From Cetorhinus maximus (taxonomy: Eukaryota), in NCBI RefSeq assembly GCF_964194155.1, contig NC_135890.1, forward strand, positions 17,856,001-17,920,000: a DNA stretch of 64,000 bases, read 5' to 3'. Made by a program: the position numbers and the translations under genes. A model generated the notes under the pieces. That model did no database searches. It was not told the origin of the DNA and was given only the letters and a program-made list of their open reading frames with translations. Numbering within the stretch: position 1 is the stretch's first letter; each line of letters starts with the position of its first letter. Positions 61,893-64,000 of the stretch are shown here, in pieces.

Positions 61893-62829
61893 CTACATTC
61901 AGATAAGATACAAGAGGGCACAATCTTAAGAGTCTGAACCAAGTCAGGTACAAGTGAATCCAGTAAATATTTCTGCACAACATTAATCAAATGTGGAATG
62001 ACCTGCCCCAGAAAGCCACTGGTGCAGCGTTTAAAAAGGAGACACATTTAGGAAATATACAAGATATGAAGAAAAATCAGGGAACTGGTATGAAAGAATG
62101 AAAGCAGTGAATGGCAACAAAATGGTAGAGCAAACCCTCCGTTATCAAGTGCAAGTGGTCCTCTACTCTTTCCATGTTCAATGACACAAGAAGATAATTT
62201 TTATCACCAGGAACTACTTTTAATTCTTCACTGAGTGCAGGGCTCAGGGAAGGAGGACTCCTTGTGAATTCACTGATTATATCCAGGTCTGCAACAGTAG
62301 CTAGAAACTATGTACTTCTAATAAATTACTGCATGCGTTGATAGAAGTAGACAGAAGTTAAATGTTAGGACGTTAATAAGGAAAGACAGCGAATTAGGGT
62401 AAATGCACCACAAATCTGTTGCCTTCTGGATGAAATCATTGACGCCATTGTTCCATAGGAGCAGAAATCAGAACAGCATTAAAACGTTGGGGGACAGAGG
62501 ACAGTGATCATCATGCAGAGGGGGAATACTGAATCAGGTCATGAGTTATTTCTTGTATCCTGTGCAGGTGTTCTAGGGGGTTTGTAGAAGAGCCTGATTA
62601 CACTTTCCTCTGCTTTTGTTCTTTTCCAGGCTGTTGCTTCCTCAGCCCTACAATCTCTTCTCCACATCAGGAATGCAGCCTGCTCACAAGCATTGGGAAG
62701 CTGCCCAAGTCTTGACATTCCAATTTCCCTATCAGCGCTCAAAACAGCAGAAACAGGAAGAGGAACCTTTAACCAAGGTTGGTGGGGGGTGATTGAAATT
62801 TTGTCCCCCGCCCCAGATGAGGCACAATT

Positions 62830-63440
62830 TTTAAAAATTCATTCATGGGATGTGGGCGATGCTGACTCAGCCAGCATTTGTTTCCTATCCCTAATTGCCC
62901 TCGAGAAGGTGGTGGTGAGCTGGCTTCTTGAACGGTTGCAGTCCATGTGATGTAGGTACACTCACAATGCTGTTAGGGAGGGAGTTCCAGGATTTTGACC
63001 CAGCAACAGTGAAGGAACAGCAATATATTTCCAAGCCAGAATGGTGAGTGGCTTGGAGGGGGACTTACAAGGTGGTGGTGTTCCCATGCTGCCCTTGTCC
63101 TTCTAGATGGTAGTGTTCATGGGTTTGGAAGGTGCTGTCTAAGGAGGCTTGGTGAGTTTCCATAGTGCATCTTGGAGATGGTACACATTGATGCCACTGT
63201 GGGTTGGTGGTGGAGGAGTGAATGTTTGTGGATGGGGTGCCAATTAAGCAGGTTGCTTTGTCCTGGATGGTGTCAAGCTTCCTGAGTGTTGTTGGAGCTG
63301 TCCGCATCCAGGCAAATGGGAAGTATTCCATCACACTCCTGACTTATGCTTTGTAGATGGTGGATGGGCTTTGGGGAGTCAGGAGGTGAGTTACTCGCCA
63401 CAAAATGTGGCCTGCTCTTGTAGCCACAGTATTTATATGG
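62830..63440 (-). mobile_element. CR1-group LINE 3' fragment (Nin SINE partner family)
   Basis: MEYFPFAWMRTAPTTLRKLDTIQDKATCLIG and the same tail as 24465-24530. Confidence 0.82.
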
Positions 63441-64000
63441 CTAGTCCAGTTCAGTTTCCAGTATATACTGTATATTGTATACACTGTAGATCCAGTTACA
63501 GTTACCACCAACACCATCTGTGCTCATCATAGGTGTTGCCTGTATAGGGTAAATGGCATTAACCATTGGCCATCACTGCCAGCCCCAGAGGCAATCACAA
63601 AGTTGCCACTGTAACTTAGATAGGTTGCCAGCTATTTCAGGTAAAGTACTGACCAATTTCAAAGGCTCTGCTGATTTCAGGCAAAGCTAGTTCTTCAACT
63701 GGTTTCAATCAGTTGTTTACACCTGGTTAAACTGAAATTACCTTTGTGATGTGAATTCTGGGCTCAATGGTAGCCTGAGAGGCTATTGCTAAGGAGATTT
63801 TCTGTGCTTTATAAATATAAACAGAAGTTGGTTACTTTGCTTTTTTGGTTTTACCATCATGTATAGCAACAAATCTCATTTACACCCACTATAGGTGGTG
63901 GGGACTATATTAGACTACAGGTTGCACTTGCTCAGACCCCTACCCATGCTCATTATGTCATTGTTGAACTAGACTTCTTTAAGAAGTAGCTTGGTGCTGT

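Noticed and set aside
62539-62742. Upstream TMEM209 exon
   Set aside because: No resemblance to the expected preceding TMEM209 sequence and no convincing donor; the next exon is probably beyond the window.

Overview
Eukaryotic vertebrate genomic DNA, most likely a cartilaginous fish (inferred from the repeats: esterase-type CR1, Deu-domain, Nin-domain and LF-SINE-like SINEs, Penelope, Tx1). Two multi-exon genes lie in tandem on the minus strand and were assembled by hand from splice sites and reading phase. (1) The last 7 coding exons and 3' UTR of TMEM209 (52415-61892; 5' part beyond the window end). (2) The promoter and first 12 coding exons (493 codons, 1021-39930) of a type II cation/H+ exchanger (animal CAX, yeast VNX1-like, with a YccF/DUF307 domain); its 3' end runs off the window start. 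Most long entries in the ORF track are decayed retroelements or noise. Highlights: a U12-type GT-AG intron in the cax gene whose donor overlaps a U2 donor (possible twintron-like switch); a Penelope copy with a minimal hammerhead ribozyme carrying a core substitution; a possible decayed Ig-superfamily pseudogene between the two genes; an old inverted duplication in the first coding intron of cax; divergent ZNF143 sites in the cax promoter; a 52-bp minisatellite. No CRISPR, rRNA or tRNA genes are supported. Family assignments are from recalled sequence knowledge, not database searches, and repeat boundaries are approximate.
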